This document shows, in pieces, positions 1 through 8,963 of a stretch of DNA of 64,000 nt. Made by a program: the position numbers and the translations under genes. Positions within the stretch are counted from its first letter, which is position 1; the number at the start of each line of letters is the position of its first letter. The notes beneath the pieces are model-generated. The model was not told the DNA's origin and searched no databases. It saw only the letters and a program-made list of their open reading frames with translations. The DNA comes from Elusimicrobiota bacterium (lineage in GTDB: Bacteria > Elusimicrobiota > Elusimicrobia > UBA1565 > UBA9628): NCBI GenBank assembly GCA_016207605.1, contig JACQPJ010000016.1:2452-66451 (forward strand), read 5' to 3'.

Positions 1-72
1 ACGCGTTCTGGAGCATCCCAAGATAGACCCCTTTTGGGCGGCCTTCGGCCGCTGGCGCGGCCGCCGGCGGCG

Positions 73-1071
73 TTAAAAATCGTCGGTAAAGCCGACGGCG
101 CCGGTGACGCCAACCTGGTAGGCGGAGACGCGGCGCTCGAAGAAGTTGGCCAGCTCCTGCACGTCCTGGAGCTCCATGAAGTTGAAGGGGTTCCTGGAGT
201 GGAAGACGGGCTTGAGGCCCAGGTTGACCAGGCGCTGGTCGCCGATGTACTGCAGATACTGGCGCATGCCGTTGGCGGAGAGGCCGGCCACGCCCAGGCC
301 GAGGAGGTCCTCGGCGAAGGCCAGCTCGCACTCGATGGCGTCCTTGACCATGTCGACGACGTCGGCCTCCATCTTGGGCGTGAAGAGCGTGGGGTCTTCG
401 GCGCGCGCGGTCTTGATGATCTCGATGGCCGCGGCGATGTGCATGCTCTCGTCGCGGAAGACCCAGTTGGTGCCGCCGGCCAGGCCGTTGAGCAGGCCCT
501 TGGAGCGCAGGAAGTAGACGTAGGCGAAGGCCGCGAAGAAAAAGAGCCCCTCCACGCAGGCGGCAAAGCAGATCAGGTTCATCAGGAAGCGGCGCTTCTT
601 GTCGGGCGAGTCCAGGACGTCGAGCTCTTGGATCGAGTTCATCCACTTGAACATGAAGTCGGCTTTGCGCTTGATGGAAGGGATGTTCTCGATGGCGGCG
701 AAGGCCTTGACGCGCTCGTCGGGCTCGGGGATGTAGGTGTCGAGCAAAGTCAGGTAGAACTCGACGTGAAGCGCCTCCTCGTAGAGCTGGCGCGACAGGT
801 AGAGCCGCGCCTCCGGGGAGTTGACGTGCTTGTAGAGGTTGAGCACGAGATTGTTGCCCACGATGGAGTCGCCCGTGGCGAAGAAGGCGACCAGGCGGTG
901 GATGAGGTGGCGCTCCGCGGGGGAGAGCTTGGCCTTCAGGTCGCCGACGTCGTGCGAGAAGTCCACCTCCTCGACGGTCCAGGTGTTCTTGATGCCGGCC
1001 TTGTACATCTCGAAGAACACGGGGTACTTCATGGGCCGAAGCGTGAGGTTGAAGCCGGGGTCGAGGATCAT
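73..1071 (-). CDS. nrdB: Ribonucleotide reductase class Ia beta subunit
   Basis: Start reassigned to MILDPGFNLTLRP. Diiron/radical motifs FFATGD, EEALHVEFY (Tyr radical position), VEGLFF, RDESMH; C-terminal FFERRVSAYQ. Lies directly downstream of nrdA. Confidence 0.95.
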   Translation of the reverse strand: MILDPGFNLTLRPMKYPVFFEMYKAGIKNTWTVEEVDFSHDVGDLKAKLSPAERHLIHRLVAFFATGDSIVGNNLVLNLYKHVNSPEARLYLSRQLYEEALHVEFYLTLLDTYIPEPDERVKAFAAIENIPSIKRKADFMFKWMNSIQELDVLDSPDKKRRFLMNLICFAACVEGLFFFAAFAYVYFLRSKGLLNGLAGGTNWVFRDESMHIAAAIEIIKTARAEDPTLFTPKMEADVVDMVKDAIECELAFAEDLLGLGVAGLSANGMRQYLQYIGDQRLVNLGLKPVFHSRNPFNFMELQDVQELANFFERRVSAYQVGVTGAVGFTDDF

Positions 1072-1084
1072 GGGGTCTTTCCGC

Positions 1085-3475
1085 CTACTGGCAGGCCTCG
1101 CAGGTCTCGGGATTGTCCAGCGAGCAGGCGACCTTGTCCCCGTCGGTCTTGGCCTCGGCGGCCGGGGCCGCCGACACGGTCGCCTTGGCGATGCGCGTGG
1201 CCGGGCGGGAGCGCAGGTAGTAGGTCGTCTTGAGGCCCTTCTTCCAGGCGTACATGTACATGGAGGAGAGCTTGCCGATGTTCGGGCTCTCCATGAACAG
1301 GTTGAGCGACTGGCTTTGGTCGATGAAGGCGCCGCGCTCGGCGGCCATGTCCACGATCGAGCGCATCGGGACCTCCCAGACCGTGCGGAAGACGGCGCGC
1401 ACGGCTTCCGGGATCTCGGCGATGTCCTGGATCGAGCCCTCGGCCATCTTGATGCGGTTGCGCATCTCTTCATTCCATAGACCCAGAGCCTTAAGCCGGA
1501 CGACCAAATGCCTATTGATCTGCAAAAACTCGCCGGATAATGTTTCCCGTTTAAACAGATTGGAGACCTGAGGCTCGATGGCCTCGTAGGCTCCGACGAT
1601 GGAGGCGATGGTGGCCGTGGGCGCGATCGCCAGCAGCAGCGAATTGCGCAGGCCCGCTCGCATCATCTCCGCGCGCAGCTTCTCCCAGCGCGCCGAGTCG
1701 GAGGGCGCCGCGCCCCACAGCTCGAACTGGAAGACGCCCTTGGCGGCCTTGGTTTCGGAGAAGGCCGGGTGGGGTCCCTTGAGCGCGGCCAGCTCCACGG
1801 AGGCCGAGAGGGCGTGGAAGTAGATCTCCTCGGCGATGCGGCGGGAGAGCTCGCGCGCCTCCGGCGCGTCGAAGGGCAGGCCGAGCTGGAAGTAGACGTC
1901 CTGCAGGCCCATCACGCCCAGGCCCACGGGCCGCCAGCGCTTGTTGGAGTCCGCGGCGGCCGGGGTGGGGTAGAAGTTGATGTCGATGACGCGGTCCAGG
2001 TACTTGACCGCCGCGCGGACGTTGGAGGCGAGCTTGGCGAAGTCGAAGCGCCCGTCCTCGACGTGCTTGCTCAGGTTGATCGAGCCGAGGTTGCAGACCG
2101 CGGTCTCGCCCTGAGAGGTCACCTCGATGATCTCCGTGCACAGGTTCGAGGAGTGCACGACGTTGGCGGGGGAGCCGGTCTGATTGGCCTTGAGGTTGCT
2201 GGCGTCCTTGAAGTTCATCCAGCCGTTGCCGGTCTCGGCGAGCGTGCGCATCATGCGCGCGTAGAGGTCGCGCGCCTTGACCTGCCGGACGTAGAGCTTC
2301 TTGGCCTCGCCTTCCAGGTACGCCTCCTCGAAGGCCTTGCCGTAGAGGTCGGTGAGCTGGGGCATGACCTTGGGGTCGAAGAGGGACCACGCGCCGTCCT
2401 CCTCGACGCGGCGCATGAAGAGGTCCGGGATCCAGTGCGCCAGGTGCAGGTTGTGCGCGCGGCGCGCGGCGTCACCGGTGTTGTCGCGCAGCTCCAGGAA
2501 CTCCTCGATGTCCGCGTGCCAGGTTTCCAGGTAGACGCAGCAGGCGCCCTTGCGCTTGCCGCCCTGGTTGACCGCCACGACCGAGCTGTCCAGGGTCTTG
2601 AGCCACGGGATGATGCCGTTGGACTGGCCGTTGGTGGAGCGGATCAGCGAGCCGCGCGAGCGGATGCGCGAGTAGGACACGCCGATTCCGCCCGAGAACT
2701 TGGAGAGGAGCGCGATGTCGGTGTAGCGCTTGTAGATCGCCTCGAGATCGTCGACGGGCGAGTCGAGCAGGTAGCAGGAGGACATCTGCGGGTGCTTGGT
2801 GCCCGCGTTGAAGAGAGTGGGGGAGCTGGGCATATGCTCGAAGCGCGAGATCAAGTTGTAGAACTCCACCGCCTCCTGGACGGTCTCGGCCAAGCCGCAG
2901 GCCACGCGCAGGAAGAAGTACTGCGGGGTCTCCAGCACCTCGCGCGTCTCGGGGTTCTTAAGGAGGTAGCGGTCGTAAACGGTGCGCAGGCCGAAGTATT
3001 CGAAGAGATCGTTGCGCGAGATTTCAACGGAGTCGTTGAGCTTGCGCGCGTTGGCCGCGACGAACTGGGCGACGCGCTCGGCGATGAGCCCGTGCCGCGC
3101 GCCGGCCGCGATGGACTGGGAGAAGGAGTGAATGTCCTGGTTCTCGACCTCCTTGTGGATGTAGGTCGCCAGCAGGCGCGCCGCCAGGCGCGAGTATTCC
3201 GGCTCCTCGGCGATCAGCAGGGCCGAGGTCTGGATGGAGAGCGAGTCGAGCTCCCGCGTGGTCGCGCCGTCGTAGAGGCCGCCGATCGTCTTGGTGGCGA
3301 TCTTGAGCACGTCCACGTTGTCGAGGCCCTGGCCGCAGCGCGCGACCGCGCGCACGATCTTGTTGACGTCCACCGGCTCCAGCGAGCCGTTGCGCTTGCG
3401 CACGCGCATCGTGGTGGCGGGGGTCTCCTCGCCCGCGCCGGGCGTCATGGGGGTGGTGCGGCTGGCCGTATTCAT
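1085..3475 (-). CDS. nrdA: Ribonucleotide reductase class Ia alpha subunit with N-terminal ATP cone
   Basis: GGAGG RBS before ATG 3475. ATP cone VRKRNGSLEPV, PSSPTLFNAG, SSCYL, SNLCTEI, AIAPTAT, KTTYY, and C-terminal CEACQ. Confidence 0.95.
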   Translation of the reverse strand: MNTASRTTPMTPGAGEETPATTMRVRKRNGSLEPVDVNKIVRAVARCGQGLDNVDVLKIATKTIGGLYDGATTRELDSLSIQTSALLIAEEPEYSRLAARLLATYIHKEVENQDIHSFSQSIAAGARHGLIAERVAQFVAANARKLNDSVEISRNDLFEYFGLRTVYDRYLLKNPETREVLETPQYFFLRVACGLAETVQEAVEFYNLISRFEHMPSSPTLFNAGTKHPQMSSCYLLDSPVDDLEAIYKRYTDIALLSKFSGGIGVSYSRIRSRGSLIRSTNGQSNGIIPWLKTLDSSVVAVNQGGKRKGACCVYLETWHADIEEFLELRDNTGDAARRAHNLHLAHWIPDLFMRRVEEDGAWSLFDPKVMPQLTDLYGKAFEEAYLEGEAKKLYVRQVKARDLYARMMRTLAETGNGWMNFKDASNLKANQTGSPANVVHSSNLCTEIIEVTSQGETAVCNLGSINLSKHVEDGRFDFAKLASNVRAAVKYLDRVIDINFYPTPAAADSNKRWRPVGLGVMGLQDVYFQLGLPFDAPEARELSRRIAEEIYFHALSASVELAALKGPHPAFSETKAAKGVFQFELWGAAPSDSARWEKLRAEMMRAGLRNSLLLAIAPTATIASIVGAYEAIEPQVSNLFKRETLSGEFLQINRHLVVRLKALGLWNEEMRNRIKMAEGSIQDIAEIPEAVRAVFRTVWEVPMRSIVDMAAERGAFIDQSQSLNLFMESPNIGKLSSMYMYAWKKGLKTTYYLRSRPATRIAKATVSAAPAAEAKTDGDKVACSLDNPETCEACQ

Positions 3476-3619
3476 TCGCTCCTCCGCAAATTCGCTGCGC
3501 TTGTTTCCGTCCGGACCCGCGCGCCTTGAGCGCGCGATTTCGGGCGAGGCACTAGGATAACCGAACATTTGGACTTTGTAAAGCGCTTTGTGCGACAATC
3601 GGCTGACGAGGAGTTTCGA

Positions 3620-4237
3620 GTGCTTTTGAGTGTCATTTTCTTCATCGTCTTGTCCTTCGCCGGAGGCTGCGGCCGCGACCCTTCGGGCGCGGCACAGACG
3701 CGGCTGCGGAAAGCTTTTCAGCGTCTAGGCGGCGCTCCCTCCGCCGGTCCCCGGCTGCCTGATTTCCAGCTCACCGCCGTCGCCGGCGAAAAGACCGCGC
3801 CGCTCTCCCGCGCCGTGCTTCTCGGCCGCCCCTGGGCCGCGAATTTCATCTACACGCGCTGCGCCGGGCCTTGCCCGATGCTGAGCGCGCGCATGGCTTC
3901 GCTTCAGGCGCGCTTGCCCAAATCCGTCGCGCTGATCTCCTTCACCGTGGATCCCGACCACGACTCCCCTGAAATTTTAGCTGGCTACGCTCGACGCTTC
4001 CGTGCCGATCCCAAGCGCTGGCGCTTCGTCACCGGCAAAAAATCAGCGCTCTTAAATCTTTTCCGCGACGGCTTCCACATCGCCGTCGCGGAGAGCGCGA
4101 GCGCGCCGATCGGCGACAACATCGCCCACAGCACGAAGTTCGTCCTTGTCGACGCGGAGGGCCGCCTGCGCGGCTACTACGACGGCGACGATCCTGCGTC
4201 CCTCGACCGCCTCGTCTCCGACGCGTCGTCGCTCTGA
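3620..4237 (+). CDS. SCO1/SenC family copper-binding protein
   Basis: GTG start after GAGGAG. N-terminal hydrophobic segment, FIYTRCAGPCP (CxxxC), TVDPDHD, conserved His in AHSTKFVLVD. Confidence 0.88.
   Translation: MLLSVIFFIVLSFAGGCGRDPSGAAQTRLRKAFQRLGGAPSAGPRLPDFQLTAVAGEKTAPLSRAVLLGRPWAANFIYTRCAGPCPMLSARMASLQARLPKSVALISFTVDPDHDSPEILAGYARRFRADPKRWRFVTGKKSALLNLFRDGFHIAVAESASAPIGDNIAHSTKFVLVDAEGRLRGYYDGDDPASLDRLVSDASSL
3668..3728 (-). repeat. CTAG-bounded ~57-bp structured repeat, copy E (in frame inside the SCO gene)
   Basis: Minus strand CTAGACGCTGAAAAGCTTTCCGCAGCCGCGTCTGTGCCGCGCCCGAAGGGTCGCGGCC is near-identical to 52012-52072. The distal CTAG is degenerate. Confidence 0.85.
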
Positions 4238-4253
4238 CGCACTAACGGATGGT

Positions 4254-4757
4254 TCAGCGCGAGGCCGTCAGGCGCTCGATGACGTCTTTGGCTTGGGGGA
4301 ATTGTCCGAGCAACTCCTGGCGGTCTCCTAGTTCGAAGTCGGCGAAATCGAAGCCAGGAGCGACGGTGCAGCCGACGAAGGAGTAGGCGCTCCCGGCGCC
4401 GGGATAGGCGCCGAACCAACAGCCGGCGGGGACGACGTGCTGCAATTTCTGGCCGGCCTTGAAATCGGGGCCCATCATCACGGTTTTGATGCGTCCCGAG
4501 GGGAATAACTGGATGAGAGTCAGCGGACCGCCTTGGTAGAAATGCCAGACCTCATCCGACTTGATGCGATGCAGGCGGGGCTTGGAGCCTTGCGGAAGGA
4601 GAAAATAGATCGCCGTGGAGTAGCTTCGAGTTCCCTGGAAGTCCTTGGGCAAGGACTCGGCGGAGATAGTTCCCTTGGAGCGGTAGGACTCCTTGAAGTA
4701 GCCCCCCTCGGGATGGGATTGAAGGCCGTAGGCCTTCACTAATTCGGGGACGGTCAT
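4254..4757 (-). CDS. Cupin_5 / DUF985 family protein
   Basis: LQSHPEGGYFKE, STAIYFLL, HRIKSDEVWHFY, GCTVAPGFDFADFE. Confidence 0.9.
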   Translation of the reverse strand: MTVPELVKAYGLQSHPEGGYFKESYRSKGTISAESLPKDFQGTRSYSTAIYFLLPQGSKPRLHRIKSDEVWHFYQGGPLTLIQLFPSGRIKTVMMGPDFKAGQKLQHVVPAGCWFGAYPGAGSAYSFVGCTVAPGFDFADFELGDRQELLGQFPQAKDVIERLTASR

Positions 4758-4764
4758 GGATATT

Positions 4765-5949
4765 TTATACCAGGGCGGTCAGGAATTTATCCGCGCTGAT
4801 GACGCGCACGTCGTCCTTTATATAATCCTCTCCGGGCGCGCGGACCACTTGGTAGGACAGCGGCAGGCCCAGCTTTGCCTTGAAGTGGAGCAGGGGTCTG
4901 GAGAGGTCGCGCGCAGAGAGCTTCGCCTCGACGCAGAACCAGGGCTTGTCGTCCACCGCGACCAAGAAATCGACCTCGCGGCCCTCGACGTCCCGGAGGA
5001 AGCGAAGCTCCGCGCGGATTCCCTCGGCGTCATGGAGGTAGTGGCAGAACTTCAGCAGGTGCGACGCGATGAGATTTTCGAACCGCGGCCCCGTCTCCGC
5101 CACCTCGGACCAGTCCCAGAGATACAGCTTGGGCTCCTTGCGCAGGGCCTTGATTCGCGTGCTTTGCTGAGGGCGGATGCGGAAGTGGTAGTAGAACCGC
5201 TCCAGCACATCGACCCAGGCGGCGGCGGTCTCGTGCGCGACGGCGAGGTCTTCTCGAAGAGAGTTGACGGAAAGCAGGCCGCCGATCTTTTCCGGAAGCA
5301 GATGGACCAGCGTCTCGACGCCGGAGAGGTCTCTGAGATTTTCGATGTCGCGGATGTCTTCCCGCACGAGCGCGTCCAAACGCTGGTTGTGCCAGCGTCG
5401 GAGGGCCTTTTCCGTTCCCTTCAAGAAAATCTCGGGGAAGCCTCCGAATTTCATCAGGCGGTCGAGAGCGTCGCGGGTTTGGCTCGTCGAGTCGTCAAAA
5501 TCCAGGGCGCGGCCGACGAGCGGGCTTGGCGGCGCGTTTTTAGCCGCAATTTCGCGCAAGGATAGCGGGTGAAGGCGGTAGTGATGGTATCGGCCCAGCA
5601 GGGAATCGCCGCCCTTGCGGTAGACATCCAGCCTGGAACTGCCGGTGACGACAATCTTGTGCCGCGCCCGGTGCTTGTCGAAGAAGCCCTTGATGAAGGT
5701 TTTCCACCGCCGGTATTTGTGGAGCTCGTCGAAGATCAGGAGCGTCTCGTCCGCTGCGAAAGTTCCCGTGAGAATCCGTTTCGCGTCTTCCCGGTCATCC
5801 CAATTGAGATATCGAAAGCGGTTCTTGAAGCTGTCTTGGCCGATCGTTCTTGCCAGCGTCGTTTTGCCGACCTGACGGGGTCCCCCGATGAAGGTCATTT
5901 TCTCCGCCAAATCGCTAAGAATAGACTTTTCTATGTAACGAGTGAGCAT
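4765..5949 (-). CDS. AAA+ ATPase (AAA_14) with DUF4143 C-terminal domain
   Basis: GPRQVGKTT Walker A, IFDELH Walker B, TGSS, GGFPE, PKLYLWD, EVDFL...VEAK. Confidence 0.9.
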   Translation of the reverse strand: MLTRYIEKSILSDLAEKMTFIGGPRQVGKTTLARTIGQDSFKNRFRYLNWDDREDAKRILTGTFAADETLLIFDELHKYRRWKTFIKGFFDKHRARHKIVVTGSSRLDVYRKGGDSLLGRYHHYRLHPLSLREIAAKNAPPSPLVGRALDFDDSTSQTRDALDRLMKFGGFPEIFLKGTEKALRRWHNQRLDALVREDIRDIENLRDLSGVETLVHLLPEKIGGLLSVNSLREDLAVAHETAAAWVDVLERFYYHFRIRPQQSTRIKALRKEPKLYLWDWSEVAETGPRFENLIASHLLKFCHYLHDAEGIRAELRFLRDVEGREVDFLVAVDDKPWFCVEAKLSARDLSRPLLHFKAKLGLPLSYQVVRAPGEDYIKDDVRVISADKFLTALV

Positions 5950-5969
5950 TCTTTCTCCAACAATTTAGA

Positions 5970-6018
5970 CCATAGTATAAAATTATTGCCAATTTATTCT
6001 ACTATGGCAGAATAAATT
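5970..6018. promoter_or_regulatory. AT-rich inverted-repeat operator candidate upstream of the AAA/DUF4143 gene
   Basis: AATTTATTCT-N8-AGAATAAATT (5991-6018). The core CCATAGTA (5970-5977) recurs inverted as TACTATGG (6000-6007). Confidence 0.5.
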
Positions 6019-6030
6019 TAAGGTCGACGG

Positions 6031-6813
6031 CTAAAGCTTGACGCCAAGGCGCGGGTCGGCGATGATCTCGTCGAAGGCGGCGGGGGGGTAGGCGCCGCGC
6101 AGCGGGACGCCGTTGACGAGGAAGCCGGGGGTGCCGGCGAAGCCAAACTGGCGGCCTTCCTCTATATCAGCGTCGATCTTGGACTGGACGGCCTTGCTCT
6201 TGGCGTCCTGGGCGGCCTTGGCGGGATCTAAGCCCAGGTCCTTGACGGTCTTGCGGTAGAAATCCTCGCCGAGCTTGTCTTGGTTCGAGAACATCTTATC
6301 GTGGAAGAGCCAGGCCTTTTCGGGAGATTGGAGGGTGACGGCCTCCATCCACTGGGCGGCGGGCCGGGCTTGCGGATGGAGTTCGCTCAGCGGCATGTGC
6401 TTGAAGACGAAGCGCATCTTGGCGCCGTATTTCCGACGCACTTGCTCGACATTTGGGTAGCTGCGGCCGCAGGGGGGGCACTGGAAATCGGCATACTCCA
6501 CGACGGTGATGGGCGCTTCTCTTGAGCCGCGGACGCGGGTTTTGGCGTCGATGGCGGGTTTGTAGGGGGTCTTGAACGCCGCGTCGCGCTCCCTCTTCTC
6601 GCGCTCCTGCTCCTGCTGGGCCTGCTGAATCTGGTATTCGCGCTGGGAGTCGATGACGAGCTGGAAGAACTCGGCCTTCTTCGACTTCTTGAGGGCGGAG
6701 AGCACTAGGTCGGGGTTGTCGTCGAGCGCCTTCTGGAGTTCCTCCCGGCTGACGGCCGCCAGGGAGGGGGAGGCGAGCGCGGCGCACAGCGCGGCGGCGG
6801 CGAAGCGGTTCAT
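6031..6813 (-). CDS. Secreted DsbA/thioredoxin-fold oxidoreductase
   Basis: Signal peptide; VVEYADFQCPPC; cis-Pro motif GTPGFLVNG. Confidence 0.88.
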   Translation of the reverse strand: MNRFAAAALCAALASPSLAAVSREELQKALDDNPDLVLSALKKSKKAEFFQLVIDSQREYQIQQAQQEQEREKRERDAAFKTPYKPAIDAKTRVRGSREAPITVVEYADFQCPPCGRSYPNVEQVRRKYGAKMRFVFKHMPLSELHPQARPAAQWMEAVTLQSPEKAWLFHDKMFSNQDKLGEDFYRKTVKDLGLDPAKAAQDAKSKAVQSKIDADIEEGRQFGFAGTPGFLVNGVPLRGAYPPAAFDEIIADPRLGVKL

Positions 6814-6868
6814 GATGATCTCCTTTGCGACGCGGCAAAGCCGCCCGAGGATATCATTTTTACGGTGT

Positions 6869-6904
6869 GTCCCCGCCCGCTCCCGCGCGGGAGCGGGCGG
6901 GGAC
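6869..6904. terminator. 36-bp perfect GC-rich palindrome downstream of the TetR gene (terminator-like, no U-tract)
   Basis: GTCCCCGCCCGCTCCCGC|GCGGGAGCGGGCGGGGAC. Confidence 0.55.
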
Positions 6905-6916
6905 GATTGCGGCGGG

Positions 6917-6946
6917 TCAGCACCCGCAGGGGGTCTTAGGTCCCAT
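6917..6946 (-). CDS. Candidate 9-aa micropeptide MGPKTPCGC
   Basis: AGGAGG 9 nt before an ATG. Overlaps the TetR stop codon in another frame. Confidence 0.3.
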   Translation of the reverse strand: MGPKTPCGC

Positions 6947-7562
6947 GTCGTTGTCTCCTCCTATTCGCGGCTTTATGCGTCTCCAGAATCGAGCGGGCGA
7001 CGGCGCCCACCCGCCGGAAGATCGTGGGGTCGCGCTGCGTCCGGGCGAGCATGATCGCGCCCTCGTAGAGGGAGGCGATCGCCTCCGCGGCGGCGCGCGC
7101 GTCCAAATCGGCGTCGAAATAGCCCGCAGCCTTGCGGCGCTCCAGGCAGGCGGTCATGCCCGCGGTCCACTCCGCGAAGAAGCGGCCCACGCGGTTTCGA
7201 AACGCCTCGCTCTGGTCGCTCATCTCCAGGGCGATGTTGCCCATGAAGCAGCCCGCCTTGCAGCCGTTGCCGCCGAAAAGCTTCGCGGCGTCCTGGAACA
7301 TCTGGGCCACGGCCTGCTCTGGCGCGTCCTGCGTGCACAGCGGCGCGACCCGGCGCGAGCGGAACTCCTCGATCTTGTAGTCGAGCACGGCCAGCGCCAG
7401 CTCCGCCTTGGAACCGTAGTGGTGGAAGACGTTGGCCTTGGTCGTCTTGCAGGCCTCGGCGATCTCCTCCATGCATGCGGCGCCGTAGCCCTTGAGGTGG
7501 AGCACGTGCTCCGCCTCCTTCAGGATGCGTTCCCGCGCGGCGACGTTTGGTTTTCGTCCCAT
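6936..7562 (-). CDS. TetR/AcrR family regulator (LmrA/NemR-like C-terminus)
   Basis: MGRKPNVAARERIL...GYGAACMEEIAEAC...VFHHYGSK HTH; GCFMGNIALE. Confidence 0.92.
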   Translation of the reverse strand: MGRKPNVAARERILKEAEHVLHLKGYGAACMEEIAEACKTTKANVFHHYGSKAELALAVLDYKIEEFRSRRVAPLCTQDAPEQAVAQMFQDAAKLFGGNGCKAGCFMGNIALEMSDQSEAFRNRVGRFFAEWTAGMTACLERRKAAGYFDADLDARAAAEAIASLYEGAIMLARTQRDPTIFRRVGAVARSILETHKAANRRRQRHGT

Positions 7563-7565
7563 AGA

Positions 7566-7619
7566 TTGACTGACCGTCCGGTCAATCAAATAATGGCACA
7601 ACAGTCCGGTTCCTGTCAA
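7566..7619 (-). promoter_or_regulatory. Sigma70 promoter with a TetR operator palindrome
   Basis: Minus strand TTGACA(7619-7614)-18 nt-CATTAT with extended -10 TG. Followed by TTGACTGACCG-TC-CGGTCAATCAA (7566-7589, one mismatch) just before the ATG. Confidence 0.75.
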
Positions 7620-7626
7620 GGCCCGT

Positions 7627-8736
7627 TCAGCGGGAAGGCCAGGGCGTCGGCTCGGAGCCGATGCCGGCGCGCACGCGGGAGAGGTCGTAGACGCCGCCGC
7701 GGCCGAGGCGGACGCCGCGCGCCGGGTCCTTCTTGAGCCAGAGGGGGGTGTCGAGGTCGATGAAGCGAAAACCGCCCAGGCCGGCGGCGAAGTGCGCGGC
7801 GCAAGACATCGCCAGCGACGTCTCGATCATGCCGCTGATCATGAGGCCCAGCCCCTGGGCGCGCGCGATCAAGGCGACGTCCCAGGCCTCCAAGATCCCC
7901 ATCTTCATGAACTTGACCACGAGGACGGAGGCCGCCTTGCGTCGGGCGAGCCCCAGGGCGTCGGCGCGCCCGCGCAGGGACTCGTCGGCGGCCACGGGCA
8001 CGCCCCCGCGCCGCGCCACGGCGGCCAGGCCGTCCCAGTCGTCGGCGGCCGCGGGCTGCTCGAAGAGGGAGGGGCGCAGGTTCGCGGCCTTGAGCGCGCG
8101 CAGGAGGGCGAGCGACTCGCGCGGGCCGTAGCCCTGGTTGGCATCGAGCGTGAAACGCGCGGCCGGGTGCGCGGCGCAGGCCGCGGCGACGCGCGCGGCG
8201 TCTTCCTGGATGTCGCGTCCCACCTTGATCTTCATGGTCCGCACGCCCAAGGCGCGGATGCGCCGCGCCGCGGCGGCCGCGGCCTCGGGGGAGCCGAGAG
8301 TCACGGTCACGTCGCTGAACACTTCCGTCTCGGCCCCGCCGAAGAGGATGCGCAAAGGAATCCTCGCGCGCTTGGTCCAGGCGTCGAGCAAGGCCATGCC
8401 GAGAGCGGCGCGCGCCGCGCCTGCGCCCTGGGGCAGGGCCTCCTCCAGCTCCTCAAGCCGCGCGCGCCACGCCGAGGCGTCTTGTCCCAGCCAGCGCTTG
8501 CCTGCCCTGTGCGCGGCGGCCAAGGCGCCCGCGGCCGTCTCGCCGTTGAAGGCCGGCAGAGGGGAAGCCTCCCCGTAGCCCGTCGTCCCGTCGCGCAGGC
8601 GCAGGCGCACGAACGCGCCCTCGTGAACGGCCGTCGCGCCGCCGGCGATCTCGAAGGGTTCGTTGAGCTCGGCGCGGAAAGGCCGCGCGTCCAGCGCCAC
8701 GATCTCGGCGGCGAGGGCTTGTCTCACGCGGGCCAT
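7627..8736 (-). CDS. Dipeptide (L-Ala-D/L-Glu) epimerase, enolase superfamily
   Basis: GYGEASP, KIKVG, DANQGY, EQP, ADES, and the C-terminal DLD motif (IDLDTP). Confidence 0.9.
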   Translation of the reverse strand: MARVRQALAAEIVALDARPFRAELNEPFEIAGGATAVHEGAFVRLRLRDGTTGYGEASPLPAFNGETAAGALAAAHRAGKRWLGQDASAWRARLEELEEALPQGAGAARAALGMALLDAWTKRARIPLRILFGGAETEVFSDVTVTLGSPEAAAAAARRIRALGVRTMKIKVGRDIQEDAARVAAACAAHPAARFTLDANQGYGPRESLALLRALKAANLRPSLFEQPAAADDWDGLAAVARRGGVPVAADESLRGRADALGLARRKAASVLVVKFMKMGILEAWDVALIARAQGLGLMISGMIETSLAMSCAAHFAAGLGGFRFIDLDTPLWLKKDPARGVRLGRGGVYDLSRVRAGIGSEPTPWPSR

Positions 8737-8839
8737 TGTAGCCTTCCTACGGGCATCGAATCCGTCGCGGTCCAGGGTCAAAAGGCCTAGCCAGACCTAG
8801 GTCTTTTGACCCTTCTTTCCAGATGCATTTGGCCGCACC

Positions 8840-8956
8840 CTAGATGCTATGAGCCTTTCCTCAACGCATCTGTGCCGAGCCCGAAGGGTCGAGGCCTAGA
8901 TGCTAAAAGGCATTCCTCTCCTACATCTGTGCCGAGCCCGAAGGGTCGAGGCCTAG
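8840..8956 (+). repeat. Two tandem copies (A, B) of the CTAG-bounded repeat sharing a central CTAG
   Basis: CTAG at 8840, 8896 and 8953. The 33-bp stretch CATCTGTGCCGAGCCCGAAGGGTCGAGGCCTAG is identical at 8867-8899 and 8924-8956. Confidence 0.9.
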
Positions 8957-8963
8957 GGAACCC

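Noticed and set aside
3476..3619. Cobalamin riboswitch or NrdR box upstream of nrdA
   Set aside because: The region is short with no riboswitch core. CCGAACATTTGG only weakly resembles an NrdR box.
6869..6919. UGA followed 12 nt later by a hairpin as selenocysteine plus SECIS
   Set aside because: The hairpin is a perfect palindrome without SECIS-like loop or bulge features, and readthrough gives only a short low-complexity peptide.
8867..8956. Two identical 33-bp repeats with a 24-bp gap as a mini CRISPR array
   Set aside because: Only two copies and no cas genes. The 'spacer' is homologous to the 5' half of the same dispersed repeat.
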